A stretch of 64,000 nt of DNA, from assembly GCA_030141605.1 (NCBI GenBank), contig JAQGDQ010000026.1, positions 310,001 to 374,000 of the forward strand, given 5' to 3'. The stretch comes from Tubiluchus corallicola (lineage: Eukaryota; Animalia; Priapulida). The translations under genes and the position numbers were made by a program. A model generated the notes under the pieces. That model was not told the DNA's origin and ran no database searches. It saw only the letters and a program-made list of their open reading frames with translations. Of this stretch, positions 12,301-25,882 are shown piece by piece. Position 1 is the stretch's first letter, and the number at the start of each line of letters is the position of its first letter.

Positions 12301-15300
12301 ATATATATTGTTAATATATTGGAAGGACCAAGGAGAAGATGTATAAAGCTCATTGGTAAGAATAATGAACATTGTTATGTGTAATGATACGTTACTGAAG
12401 ATGTTAAAGAAAACTATCATAGCAGACATCTTTCGTCCTATACGAAGAATTTAAGTTTCTGCCACACAAAGTAAGATTAAATGTACCGTTTTCAAGAACA
12501 AATCGCTTTAAATTTTCATTTGTTCCGACCTCAAAGCATTCAATATTAGCCAAACTCTAAACACTTCATTGTTTTCCTTTTGTAGGCTTTACTTCAATTG
12601 TACCATTTAGATTTAAATGTATATTTGAATTTAATTTACAGTTGCAAATTTGTTGTGCTAATTGCTAATAAAATTGTTTTTACTAATCTGTGCACAGCGC
12701 AAACGACAATTTTTTTGTATATCATGTGTCTAATAAAGATGTCTCTGTCTATGTCTATGTATTATATTTTATTTTGAATGTATTATTATCGTTAGTTTTC
12801 CAAGACTTTGCTGTTCAAAGTGAACCACTGATTTGGATCAACTAAAAATCTTTTGCACATTCGGAAAGCACATTTATTTGCTCTTGAAACAGTTTAGATA
12901 AGATTGAAATGCCCTATAGAAATTTGCTGAAGTAGTAATTTTGATTAATTTTCTGTAATTATGGAGTTCTAGTTCTACCATTGTTACTGAACGTTCTATT
13001 TAGGGTTTTGAAAATTGACCAAATATGGGCATGAAACCTTTGTTATTGGTGGTGTGTGACAATTTTTCTAAGGTCAGATTAACAAGACCATTAGTAAATA
13101 ACAATTTTGTAGTAGCAACACCAAAATATCATTATTCAGTACTCCCATTTCAGCATCTTCTGTTTGACATTTAGTTTATAGTTTTGTTAAACACGGTGTA
13201 TTCATTACTTTATGAAACTAGTAGATTTTCTAAATGGAAATATGTGATATGGCCTTAAGCTGCATTTTGGTAGCTTAGTTACATTGATTTGTACCGTTTT
13301 AGATATAGTTGTTAATAAACCACTTGGTGGTACGGCAACAACTGAGAAGGCGGAGGACGTGGAAAAGATTATTATAATTGCTGCAAGAAAAGTGACGGCC
13401 AATAAAACTTTTATCAGTCTCTTAGAAAAGAGGTGAGACTACAATTCCTGGTTTATATAAAATCATCACAACAATTGCAGGTGTGCTCAGATGCCTCACA
13501 CTCAGATTTACATATTATTAGTTAGCATTACTTCACTTCAATAACTAAGCACATAGCAGGAACACTTGGCTATATACCTTGCCTAGAACGCAATAGTGTT
13601 AATTTTTCAGTATTGACTTCAATAGTGACTGCAGTCTGAACAAAAAGTGAGCATTAATTTATTTTGTAAACTTATTTTATAAACATGAAATAACAAATGC
13701 AGTCCATTTTGGTTGAAACAAATTTTTTAAATCATTTTGTTGAGACTCGGTAGTGTTCAGTTTTCTCTATAATTCACATATGTTTTAGGTTTGGCATTTT
13801 AGTAACAGAAAGAAATTATGAGCACTTGAAGTCTTCCACTCATCCTAATTTACACTGGGCAGATATGACACTGGACGAATCAACAGGAATAGTATTGCAA
13901 TCAATGGAAGAGCTATCTGCAGCACATACTGATGCAGTTTCTCAATTGTTTCATGCCATCTCAGCTATCAGAATGCAGCTCACTATGTGTTATATTATAG
14001 CCTATAATCAGAACAGATACAGGTATTAGTAAAAACTTTGTGATTTTTTCTTATTACTAGAAACAGGAGGAGTTTCTATACATGTGGATAATTTTTTTAG
14101 AAAAAAATGACTAAGAAATTACAATTGCTTGGCAAGTGGCATATAAAAATTATCTATATGAAATGCTGGCACTCATTTACCATTGTGAGGGTTAACCAAA
14201 ATGTTGATTATTCATATACGCTGTGTTAAGTTCTTATTCCTATATGTTAATGTGTCATTTGGCTTCCATGGAAAATGAAATGTTAGTATTTAGTTTTGTG
14301 ATTTGACATATAATTTTAACGAGTGCCAGCTAAAAAAACTCTTTTTAATTCACTTTCCACTTTTTACTTGAAAATTTATTAAGGAAGTTTTGACATTTCA
14401 GCTCTGATAATATGAGCAATTCTGCAAAGAACTTTAGTCGTCTGAATGCTATTGTAACACATTTCACAAAAACTCTAGGTGATTGCAAAGTCAAGGTATG
14501 TGTATGATTTTAAGAAAATTGTAGTTTAGCAAAATTTTAACTATGTCAGTCGATTGATAAACTTAAAAGCAGTCAAAAATTAAAGTAAAACTTGTGCAAA
14601 AAGTTCATAATAGTAGTTAACTGTTTTAGGGAGCTATAGCGAGGCTCATTGGATTGACTGACTAAAGATTGAAAAGCTGCTTGCCATTTCCCAGTCATGT
14701 TAAATTCCTGCGTTTGGACTCATAAAAACTTTCACCCAACCAATTTCTGAAAATTTCTATGACTCATTTTATACATCAACACTTTTGTGAAAGCACATCA
14801 TCATCTATTCATATGTAAGCAAAAATTCATAAGATTCAGTACAACTGTTACACATTTTGTTCCATGTTGCAAAGTTGCAAAACTGAGGTCATAAACCAAG
14901 TATTGTGGTCTACATCGTGCATAATACAGCTCCATGCCAGCTTTTTAACCATAGATATAGTTATAAAAATTGAATTACATTTCAAAATATCCTGAAAATG
15001 TGGTAACTTGATACAAATAATTTACTATTTTCTGATAAATTATTATTTTCCAAATGAAGTAAATAGATACTAGTACTAAAGATCACAGTTTTAAACTATT
15101 CGTTGATATTAACTTATATCAACTTCATGATAATCGCGCATCTAGCACGACAGGGGTGCAGTCATATCATTATGTCACTGTAGCGCACTGTAACATCGCA
15201 ATGTTAAGCTAAATGTGGAGATTAAACTGATCTTCTCTTAACTACACAAAAATACCTGATATTTTCTGCAATACCAATGTACATAATTTGTGGTAATTTG

Positions 15301-18300
15301 TGTAGTTTCTTCTGACAAATGTCATTAAACAGGAGAATGGAGACCATTGGCTGCAATACCAAGTACAGCCGTGCATTTTGATTGATGATCTTTCACTGAT
15401 TTTCAATCTATATAGGGAACTTCAAGAATCTTTTAATAAATTTTAACACATTGAAATTATATGTGCCAAGCAGAGAAAAGCTATTACATTTTTATATTAA
15501 TGAGTTTATCTATAGGTCATCTATAGCATGTTGAAAAATTCTATATGTGGTTTTTTGAGGGCATCAGTTGATCAAGAAAATAATTGCATCATTTGCGTGT
15601 TGATTACATATTTTGATTGTAATATTTTGCTGTAATGTTTTTACTTTGACTTCTGTTGGTCTACTTATTGTATTGACGTTTATTTGGTGTAGCTCAGTCA
15701 TGTCTATTATTTTCTTGCATTCTGCCCGAGTGGACTCTAATCACTTCAAATTTGCTCAAAATTGAGCTTGTAATTCTAATATAATTTAAACTTTGTTTGT
15801 GTGAAGCCCCGAAATTATTGAAATGACTATGATCCAACATCCTGATGTCATGATCTTATTGACAAATTTATTAGATTTAAACTGAGCTAATAAATGCTAA
15901 AGTTGTTCAAACTTTAGTTAAACTCACTAATAACAGCCTTAGACTAGTAACCGTAGTTCCATACAGTAGAATTATTCCACCACCATAACTTTCCTAATCA
16001 TGAAGAATTGTTTGCATTTGACCATAGAGAGTTTGCCACTGGGAGACGAGATATCTGTCATTCAGGCAGTATTTCAAAGCCATCTCAAAAATTCAGGACA
16101 AATTCGTAGAGTGCATTTTTATTTTTAATATTTATCTTCTTGTAGATTGTTTGTTGTAACTCACTACTGGAAGTAGCTGAATCAGTTAGTAACATAGCCA
16201 AGGAGGCATGTAGCAATTCTGCAGTATGGAGTGCAGATTTGTGGGGAAGATGGACTTGGCTTAGTAATGAAATAAGTGTGGTACGATGTTTGTTATCACA
16301 AATATTTGTCAATTTTTCTTTCTGAATTTTATTTTCTGCCTGTTCTATTTATTCATTCGTTTAACACGGTAACGTTGTAATAGGGTTAGGTTCTTAAATT
16401 TGAGAATTCTGGTGCATTTGATTTGTGGCTAACACACCTAACCTTTTCTGTGTTTTTATAGGATGAACAGTTTTTGTTGCAGTTTCCTTTTGTCAGTTCT
16501 TTCAGGTATGTTGATTAAATTTTTATGGTGATAAGATGTGGCAACATCATCTCGGCTTACATATATTCATGTAAACATACATAATTTTCTTGCAGATTAT
16601 CATGAATGTGACCCTAGGCCCAGGGGTTCAGTATGAGCTACTACATTTTCATAACTTCCTTTTATATTGTAAGACTCGTAAGAAAAATGTTTATGGTGTC
16701 CTTCGGTTTTTTTTTTGTATATGATTATTGTAAGCAGCATTATCAATGAAAATGGTAACTGAGATAATTTAATTCTGAACAGAAAATTTGTGTGCTATTT
16801 CATGTGTCAGAATTTAACGTTATGCTAATCCGAAGTTCTCTGTTTTTGGTTCATTAAGTCATTATCATTGAGAATTTCCATTAAGAAATACTTGAGAATT
16901 ATTGTTACATTAGCTGTGAGTTTTAGCATTGTTGTACGTTTATTCAAAGGGCTTTGTTGAACCGCGCTTGTAAGGACACAGACATCAAGAATCATACTGC
17001 AATCATTTTACGTATCTATATCAGTTACACCGGCTTCTTGTATATTATGTGAATTTTGTCACAAGGCTTGTGTTTATGCTGTAAATGTGACTTATTGCTT
17101 ATTATGCATATCATTTTCTTACTTTAGTGCACAGCTAATGTTAACTTATGCTGCGTTAAAACAACTTCTGACAATGAGTTTTGAAGAGTTACTTTCTTGT
17201 TGTTCTCATGTACCGCAGAGAATCCTCAGGGTAAATATTTCACTTTATAGCAGCTGGCCTCAAATTGAGTAACTTATTAATGTACGTAATATCTAGCTCA
17301 GTAAAATAATATTAAAGAATTCATTTAATTTGTATTACACTACCAAAATGATATTAGTAAAAATTTAATGGTTTACTTGGTTTGTGGAAAACAGTGTGTA
17401 AATGCTTTCACATTTGGCAGTAGGAACTGCTAAAAAAACTTCATTTTTTGCATGCTGTCGCAATAGCTGTTCTGATACCGTATGATACATGGTATCATAC
17501 CATTTTCTTGTACTGTTAAACCATTTTGTACATTTTGCTTGTAATGCTATTTTGCTCTTTGTTTAGAAATGTTATTTAATTTTACACAGGATTTCTTCAA
17601 CTTGGCACATTCAAAAGATTTCGGTAATAATAGACTGCATTTGCTTCCAGTTGTGCATAACAAAGATCCTGGCAGGTATTGCTAACATAGTAGTGTTTTG
17701 TGTTTCATTTATGACCACATTCATGAATGTGCCATTCTGACAGATGTAACTGCTAGAAAAAATTACAAATAAGTACACATAATGATAATATAAGTACAAA
17801 GGTGCAGATGAATAAACTAAGTAGTACATTAAAAGTAAAAGGAATAACATGAAAAAATAAGATACGTTACAATGGAATATAAGCACTGAACAGCAGACAA
17901 CAGCTGTTCTTGTCTAACAGCATTATATATCTGACAGTTGTGCGATGTTAGCAGTCAGTTTTTGAGAATAGTCAGCATTTTTTTAATCTGCAGAACTTAT
18001 TTTTACTGTATTGCATGCCTAGACAAAATATAGGAAAAAAGGGTTTAAAGGCTTTTGAAATTTTGTTTGCTATGAATGATTAAATGATAACTTTTTAGTA
18101 TTCCTGGAACCACTACATGTGATGGTTGTGAGGAACAACTAATGGGTTACGCTTCGCCAAACATTTGTAACAGAATTTCGTTCCCAGAAATAGGTAATCC
18201 CTACAAATTTGCTTTGTTGTGCTTAGCTGTAGAATCTCGTTTACGTGAGCAAGTTTTCTACGATCTGGAAGAACGTGTGACTTATCAGATTAACATACGG

Positions 18301-19867
18301 TATATTAATTTATGTTATTGTGCATTTCTCTCTCTCTCTCTCCCTCTCTCTCTCCCTCTCACTCTCCCCCGCCCCTTTTTATCCTTTTTTCTTGTCAGCT
18401 TGCCCGCATCTATGTAAACACATAAGTTTGGCACAGAAGATGAGATGTGTAGGAAAAATGTGCTGGTGCAGAGCATGGATGGATACATGCAGCAAAGAAA
18501 AGCTGTTCATGAATGCAGCCATCGCACAGCTGTTGTTAGAGAAACTACAAGTGTCCAACACCACTTGTATCAAAGCAAAAGACCCACAATGAATAATAGA
18601 GGTAAAACTGGTTATTGAATTTGGATACCTTTATTTATTCACTGCTACCTATGTTAGTTATTTTGCTAATTTTTAATATTTGTTGTCTTCTGACATCTGT
18701 TTGTAGATGCATCCATGCACCAAAGATCGCAAGATGTTCCTGAAGTGTTTTCTGATCAAAGTGCACAAAATTCTGAAAGAGGAAGTATGTCAGGGTACTT
18801 TCAAGGTGGTGAGATTTCAGATGATACTCCCGAGTATAACAACATTTGTCACGACTCTAAAAATATTGGCGATGTCTGTGAGAAATATGTTATAGCTGGC
18901 TCTAAAGGTCTGTTAGTTCCTCATAGTTTAGCTCACGAGAAAATAAATCATGCTTTTGCCCTGAAGAAAGCAGAACGGTGTCAAGGCCGTATTAAAATTA
19001 ATGATAGACAAGCTTTCAACAGCTACAGGAATGGACTTGTTGCATCATGTAAAAATGACTACGCTAATGGCTTCGTGGCAGACAAAAATGACTACGCTAA
19101 TGGCTTCGTGGCAGACAATCAGAACAAATCACACCAGTGCTCTTCTTTTAATTACAATTATCAATGGAATGACAATAATTCATGCAATGAAGATACTAGC
19201 ATACCTAGGGAATGGCAGTTAGAAAGTACGCTGCAAAATGTGCCTTACTCTCATCAAAGCTTCTCAAACATGTGTGAGAAATCTCCTGCTGCTTATCATG
19301 TGCCTCACTCAGAAACTGAATTTGGTGGTCCACACTTTTCATTTGACCAGAGATTTGACAGAAATGGGCCATGTTCACACTTGGGTACGTTTAATTAAAC
19401 TTTTGCAATTCAAGTCACCATAAATATAACTTTTCAGATATCTTATACTTCTTTTGCTTCATTTTGCAGTATTTATTCTGCTTTTAATGTGTTTCCCTTA
19501 TTAGGTAGAATGTTTCTTAACTAAGAACCGTGATTCTCTGAAAGTTTGTTTTTTTAATTGTATTGTGATAAGTATTTAGTGGAAAGTATATAATCTGACT
19601 TAACATTACATTCAACAGAGAAAGTCAAACAGATTTATGAAAATTTATTACAAGTAAAAATATAAATTAACTTTACTAAATTTAAATAGTATAACTGTGT
19701 CAAGCATCTTACTCTAATTTCATAAGTTTAGGTACAGTGCTAGTTATCGAAAGACCTTGTTTTTGTCTCTGTTGCTTCCAGAATAACTGGATACTTTATA
19801 TTGTAATAGAACTTTTCGATTTTTATCAATTTTATAATTAACTACATGAAAGTATGTAATGCCGTTA

Positions 19868-19930
<63 letters not shown>

Positions 19931-22189
19931 TACCTTGAGAAACATGTTGGAATGGTTTTTGACTAATTTATTTGTTTGTTTATTTAGATGATTCACCTCC
20001 GATGGATTTGTATGCTACATCATACAATCATCAGGATTTGTTACAGGTAAGCCACTTCCGTAAGACTCTTTCCCTATTTAAGCTTAGAACGCTAAGATAA
20101 AGCAAAGATAGTGAACATAAGCTGGCTGATTAAAAGGCATAAGATGTCTCAAGTATAGTACTAAATTGGCAAAAAAGCGTAAGAAAGAATACAAGTTTTA
20201 TCTTCTTTTTTTGCGGATGATAGACGTTGATTGTAGTAGGACTGCTAGTATTGTTTAAGCATAATTTATTATAGGAGAGCTTTAGATAGTTTAAAAAACA
20301 TAATTTAGGATCCTTACCACAACAAACTATATTATACTCTATTTACAACAACAGTTACAGTAAGAATTGACTATACCTACACAAACTGACAAGTTTTACT
20401 ACAAAATTACATTAGATATTAGTACCAAAATACAGTTAAAAAATATTAATGTATGAATAATGAAGACTGACACATCTCATATCAGATAGAAACTACTAAA
20501 AGTGGTTAGTACGAAATATAAAGTCATGTATGCATTGGAATATTTTGCTGTTAACAGCATAATTAAATTTATCTTTTCCAAACAATAACAATTTCAGCAG
20601 ATCATAATCAAATCAAATCATTTACTTTTCATCCCAATAATAATATATAGAAAAATAGGTATAAATTAAAAAACCAAACGAAAGGGAAGTAGTAGTAGCA
20701 AAGAACATTCGTTATCGAATCAGCCATCCCAAGCTGAGTATTAAATTAGTATTATGCACACGCACACACACACACACATATACTGCAAATATATGTACTG
20801 TAGTAATATTAGAAAAAGAAAAAAATTATTTCATTAAATTAGGTACTTCATTTGCCTGTGATTTACTATACATTAGTATAATTAGTATCCCAATCTGTGG
20901 ATGCCATCAGTAACTAAACAAAAAATTAATTAAGGCAGCTATATTAAAGTTTTCCGGCAGCAGTATTTCATTTAGTTTATTAAACATAACTACCCTAGTT
21001 TGTTCATACAATGGGCAGTGCAACAAAACATGTTCAACAGACTCAAATCGAAATCCTCAATTACAATTTGGCAATACTGGATGATGGTTATTATCTTTAC
21101 AGCCTTGGAGAAAAGGTCATAGTTTAGTTGAGAAAATCCGATTTTCATGCACGTGTGATGCACAGAAATTGGGTGTTTACCAAATGAAAAATGCTTCTTA
21201 TGCAATGAAAAACTTACATTTGCTTCTTACGCAATGAAAAACTTGAATGAGTTTTGAGCTGTTGTTTGAAGTGTGAAATGGATGTAATTTCACGAATGTT
21301 CTCTGGTAAGTTATTCCACATATTAATTGCCGATATGAAAACGGCTTTTTCACAGCTCACATAATAGGGGGTAACTTCATTTACCTGGGGCGGCAGAATT
21401 GCACTTAAATAATATGGCGCTAAGTCATTGATTATTTTGAAAAAAGACATAGGCAATGATAATGGAAGTGCATCACTAGTATTAGTATTATATTAGTATT
21501 CATATGCTTGTATTATATAAAGTAAGAAAAAAAAGAGTGTGTGTATGAAAGAGAGAGGGAGAGAGAGAGATGGATGGGAAGGAGAAAGGCAGATCGAGGG
21601 GGAGGGGAGGGGAGAGAGAGAGAGAGGGAGGGAGAGGGAGAGAGAGAGTGAGAGAGAGAGGCTGTTATATAGATAACTACAGGTCTGAAATTTTTGTAAT
21701 AATAATAATAACTTTATTTACAAATTAAAAGTATTTATGAACATTTGAAATGCTGTAATTCATGGTGACATTTTGCACAAAAAGCTTGTAAATTTAGCCC
21801 ATATCAAGTTATAACCTAAACAATAATTTGGGTAACTCCGCCATCAGTAAAAAAATCCTGGTGGATGTAGTTGTAAGGTCATGTGGTTTGCACTTTTTCC
21901 ATTCTCGTTTCCATGGCAGGTAAATACCTGACTTATTTTCAGGTGTTTTGCTGCTGTTTGCGAGCTTAAAATCACCAATTTTATTTTTATTGTGGTTCTT
22001 TAATGTGAAATAATTTACCCTAATATTTAATTAGTTTATACTGATTTTTTTCAGGTTTATGATGCGGATACCAGTAACGGGAGGACTTGGCAAGATCCAG
22101 GTTTACAAGACCCAGGTAGACAGCCAAAACTGACTTATAAAAAAGTGCCTGGCATTAAAGATGGTCAGACCAAGCTTGCTTTCAGATAA
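353..22189 (+). CDS. SHOC1: Protein shortage in chiasmata 1 ortholog (XPF-like meiotic crossover factor), multi-exon, 5' end probably outside the window
   Basis: Approximate GT-AG exons: 353-447, 909-~1061, 1642-1716, 5782-6109, 6342-6452, 7614-7790, 8419-8556, 9752-9933, 10673-10809, 12058-12251, 13303-13432, 13789-14022, 14402-14495, 16146-16279, 16462-16505, 17128-17230, ~17567-17674, 18399-18601, 18707-19385, 19989-20046, 22055-22189. Motifs recalled from vertebrate SHOC1: DPLSKFLLMR, LLHGLVSAADLFLHCGL, IGQDFPWSQFSLIIEYE, XPF-like LEKRFGILVTERNY...DMTLDESTGIVLQSMEEL, HhH-like FLLQFPFV...AQLML, and C-terminal KLTYKKVPGIKDGQTKLAFR*. The 5'-most exons are least certain. Confidence 0.9.
1819..2121. 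repeat. Direct tandem duplication, 2 x ~156 bp
   Basis: CTAGTAGGGCAAAT...TAATTGTACCA occurs starting at 1835 and again at 1991 with few differences; ORF 1798..2145 simply reflects the duplication. Confidence 0.92.
2252..3238 (-). CDS. Orphan rhodopsin-like (class A) GPCR, intronless, nested antisense in SHOC1 intron
   Basis: 328-aa ORF with seven hydrophobic segments, N-terminal glycosylation sequons (NET, NWT), TM1 GN, TM2 LAVFE, a Cys before TM3, TM3-end VRYAAIGKPL, basic ICL3, and TM7/helix-8 NTTVNIAICMFMTPNYRKTL. Confidence 0.88.
   Translation of the reverse strand: MSEALNETDILLPSIVYRNCDGTVQAGNWTTKDYMWGVGYGSLSFVTFCGNVISILVFSSHFIPISAFNTLLLTLAVFEGAEGGIYFIELTIATYGPAKCNEVLLKALSLLGDLCYYSATWTTAFISVVRYAAIGKPLTYKLMCTPQNVRKVTFIYFGCLLCEEMLLWVKLFCSKFEPNMEVLQPIRQTTGRFLPVCICFTVTMMSYMQIKCCKTLTLARKQRNRYEQKMIKMTLIILLTFTTINAYSAVNIILNTYYEVRLTNNLIRRWSVPILFGVNTTVNIAICMFMTPNYRKTLLNVLRCNSFTSTGINVGNRKIYPYNVDQPK
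3654..4432. mobile_element. Tc1/mariner-pogo (Tigger-like) non-autonomous MITE
   Basis: 24-bp TIRs CAGTAGGCGCCGCTTAATAGACTC / GAGTCTATTAAGCGGTGCCTACTG (1 mismatch); TA at the right flank, AA at the left; no ORF. Confidence 0.85.
4575..5300. repeat. Degenerate minisatellite with core CAGCTCATCCAGTGA and pyrimidine-rich linkers (~20-25 bp period)
   Basis: Roughly 30 imperfect copies of the core are visible, e.g. near 4692, 4734, 4780, 5138. Confidence 0.85.
6867..7566. mobile_element. hAT (Ac-like) non-autonomous element
   Basis: TIRs TAGGGATGTTAA / TTAACATCCCTA; 8-bp TSD TTATCAGC / TTATCAAC; subterminal TATCG/TTATTG repeats. Confidence 0.85.
10995..11826 (+). mobile_element. Decayed, internally deleted Buster/Charlie-type hAT transposon with transposase C-terminal remnant
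   Basis: Translated remnants LEYYFPELD..CNPF and FWMKMFPSYPTL...PSSYICEQSFSTMVVAKNK...LVSDKQA*PSH* match the hAT dimerisation domain of Buster/ZBED5-like transposases; GGGTCGCG-type subterminal motifs; degenerate NNNTANNN TSD (GCTTAAGG / ATTTAAGG). Confidence 0.85.
18326..18370. repeat. (CT)n microsatellite in a SHOC1 polypyrimidine tract
   Basis: CT dinucleotide run just upstream of the acceptor at 18398. Confidence 0.9.
19874..19927. repeat. (TA)n microsatellite
   Basis: About 26 TA units. Confidence 0.95.
20606..21460 (-). mobile_element. 5'-truncated LINE remnant (CR1/L2-group-like) in last SHOC1 intron
   Basis: Minus-strand fragments FFKIINDLAPYYLSAILP...SAINMWNNLPENIREITSISHFKQQLK resemble the post-RT region of CR1/L2-group ORF2; (TTTGA)n-type tail near 20606-20620. 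Confidence 0.7.
21545..21660. repeat. GA/G-rich purine tract
   Basis: Interrupted (GA)n and G-runs. Confidence 0.9.
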
Positions 22190-22978
22190 GAATATCAATG
22201 CTGTTTAAAGCCTGTCAGTGGAGCTTATGGTAAAATGCTTTACGATTAATTAATTCACTTTGCTGATGATAGGTTATGATAACGTCATGTTCATTAAAAA
22301 TAAGTCTGCAGTTATGAGCAACGTAATTGTACAGTGATTAAGGCAATATAGTAATTAAAATTTCTCTTCTTAAATATCTAATTTATGTATTAAGTCCCTT
22401 TTCATCTAGTTTCCCTTTTTACAATTCTACGTTCTTTTTGGCATCATTAGTGAAATTGGTAAAGCAAAGCTGAAGTATTTTTTTGTAGTTATATTTATCA
22501 TTACCTATACTTTAATATTCCTTTATTTACCAGTATATATTTTTCAATTTTAGTAACCTCTCTTTTGTTGCTTTTACGCAATATTAAATATTTGATTGCC
22601 ATCATTGACAAATTATTAATTGTAATATGTATTCCTTTGCTAAAATTTTATGCAATATAATTTATTTTCAAAGTTATTGTTTTCAAATTGATTTTTTTTA
22701 AAAAAATAAAGCCAGTAATATTTTTATACGACATAATGTAGTATTTTTCAAATGAATAAATTTTTAGCAGTTATTATAAACACTGCAGTTATTTTAAGAT
22801 TGACAACTCATGATATTTATATTGGTTAAAAGAATACTGGACCTAATTCTAAACTATAACTTAAAACAACATACGCTATAAAATATTGAAAAGGAACATG
22901 CTATTTTTTTACAAATAACTAATTATGTGAATTACTATCGCAGAACTGTGATTTTGTATTCACAGGTTGTTAGTTCGC

Positions 22979-23305
22979 TGTTACATGCATTTTGCCATTC
23001 GCTAGTGAGATGGGAACTAGCTCCTGCATAGCGGAAACGTGTTGCACAAAAAACAGCTGTTGTACCGCTCACTTCAGAGGTATTCAGTTGTGATATAGCG
23101 CACACATCCAAGAGCTCATGCGTGAGCTCAGCAGTAAAGTTGAAATTTGAATTTTGTACTTAAAATTTGCAGAGTTTTTGCATATCACACTGAATGTTGT
23201 ACAGTAGCACTGCATTTCAATTTTTGTTTTCGTAAACACGTGCAACACGCTTGTAGAACGTTTGTTCTGTTGAAAATTATGTTCAGTCATGATGTCATCA
23301 CTAGT
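22979..23305 (+). repeat. Dispersed repeat, copy A (homologous to 53422-53735 in opposite orientation)
   Basis: Collinear similarity from TGTTACATGCATTT through GCGGAAAC..GTTGC.CAAAAAACA, CACACTGAAT and AAACACGTGCAACA to TGATGTCATCA.TAGTT. Confidence 0.8.
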
Positions 23306-25882
23306 TTTAATCTTGTACACAGTTAATTAAGTTTCTAACTATGAATTTATTATTAGAAATGCTTTAGCATTATTACAGGTGTTAAAATGTATGCTTTTTA
23401 CGATATTTCAAACTGCAATAGGATATGAAAATCATCCTGTTTTCTTTTAAGTAGAAGCATTTATACTTAGGCAGTACAATATGCATATTAGTGACCAAGC
23501 CTTTACATTAATTTGTGTATTTTTATGACAGTGTTATAGTCTAATTCATTACCATTGAAAATAGACATGCAGGGTTACAAGAGCACAAAACATAGTTAAA
23601 TACTTTTATACATTTACTTAAAAATAATTTTAACTTTATTCTACAAATAATTAATATAAAAACTGCACAACACATATACATTATATCAGTAGTAATTACT
23701 TTTGAACAGTTGTTTAGGTGATAAATCACACTCATATAAAGAATTTGTTTACACGCAAGTTAGTAATGCTTGTAATGTTTCTTCATTGTAAGTTTTTTAT
23801 CAGTACAATGGAATTTTTACGTTGCAATTAATCGCGATAAATATTAGAATTAGTCATACAGCATACTAAAAACAGTTTAAGTAGTAATTAATCTCTACAA
23901 CTTATCACTGATAGTTTAAAATAAGAGGAAACATAGTCAATAGTACAAATAATAATAATACCTTTGTTATCCATGCATACATTAATAGGACGCGCAACAA
24001 ATATACATGTGCCTGAGTAGCTATCTAATCTCCTGACTGAATAATTTGTGAATTGTTTGCAATTACGCGTTTTCGTTAGGTTTCCTACAACTATTTACAT
24101 CTAGACATTCGCTTGGGTTTAGTGCTTTTTTGTCCATATCACAAATCTTAGTTGGTACATGCCATGTTGCACGAATGTATACTGCATAGAACTACCACTG
24201 GTCAATAACATATTAGTAAAAGCAGTACTTTCAATATCAAAACCTGCTTATTATTAAAAATAAGTTTTAGTATCACAAGGTTACACCATATTTTCATTGT
24301 TAATTAGCTGATGAGTAAACTACTACAATAATTTAATTTCACAATAAACACAAACAAAGAGAAATGGATTCTCTGTGCACATATTTACACAACCTAGAAA
24401 TCTACAAAGAATGAAATGCAATAGATATTTTTAATAAATACAATAATGCTAATTAATGTGAACAGCACAATAACATAAAAATTCAATAAAATTTTATTGC
24501 AGTTGCTTAATTATTTAGTAATCATGAAACATAAAGTAAATTAGTACGAAAACCAAGCAAACAAACTACAATTTGTAACAAAAACAATATATCACTGTAA
24601 TGATGAATCTGATGAATTAAATAATTATAATCTTAATTTGGAGATTTTTAGTTAATGGAGAAATTACCACTCAATTATTGAATTTTTAAAACAAAACGAC
24701 CAAAGGAAAGGAAACGTGAAAAGGTCATCACTGAAGTGGATTTGTACTAAGGGCCTTTGGACTACAAGTTCAGTCCCGTGACCACTAGATTACAAAGCCT
24801 TTTGTGACCCATAGACAAATTAATTATCTAAAGACTAATTAGGTAAATTAATTACAAAATTAGTCTCATCAGTTATCGCACCTAGTTTTCTAGGAGTGAA
24901 TAAACACTTGGAAATAGAGGATTGACTGGGGCAAGTTATTATCATTATCATAATATTGTCATAATCAGAAGGGCCCGTGTACTGCTTCAGTTGTTGGAAC
25001 TGTAATCAATCCTTGTCTAGTCCCGACTTTGTCACGTTTCTTTATTTTTGGTAAAGTTTAATTTCAAAAATACAATAATTGTGTGTTTACTGAGTCATAC
25101 TAGTGAATCTTAGTTAAAAATGATTGAGCAAAGAAATGTAAAACAAAAATTATGTATTATGTACAAAAAACAAGCAGCACCACAATCTCTTGAATAAAAA
25201 ATCATTATATAGATGCATCTACTCTGTTACCACATATCCTTTTCAAATAAAAGAGTAAAAATAAAGTTTGAATACTTGAGTGGCATTAACATTCTTCTAA
25301 TTTTGATTTCTCCTATTTCTATTCATTTAAAAAGGGTGAACTGGGCACAGACAGCATTTTGTTTAGTAATTTAATATACCCAGGAGCTGGTCATTACTTT
25401 TTTCTATTTTTAATATTTGGAACTAGTTTTTTATAACACAATAAGAAATAAAATGGAATAATTCCTGCAATTTCACCCATGGAAGCTTTAATATGGCTGC
25501 CCCATGAACACGCAACATTCAGTTTGCTCAAAAATGCATTTTCCAGATCAGAGCGGTCACACAGTGTCATGATTGACTGACTTAACGTCTCTGTGAGAAT
25601 AATGTTCACCATTATGGGCATTTGAAGTATGTAAATGTGAAAACAGATGACAAGAAATAAGTGTATACATAAAGTTATAAACTATTCTAGGTCAGAAACA
25701 TCATGTGATTATGTCACTGTAACAACCGATGTTATTATGACTGCTCTATGAGGGTAAATATTTGATTAAGTAGCAAAAACAGCAATGTGAAAATTTGGGT
25801 CTGTCTTCAAGGTACCCACATAAGTCTGCAGATAAACATGTTCCAGATTGTTCGATGACATCTCCAGTGACCTCAATATGAG

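Noticed and set aside
14628-14730. Possible tRNA-derived SINE head
   Set aside because: Only vague A/B-box resemblance; no cloverleaf, tail or TSD.
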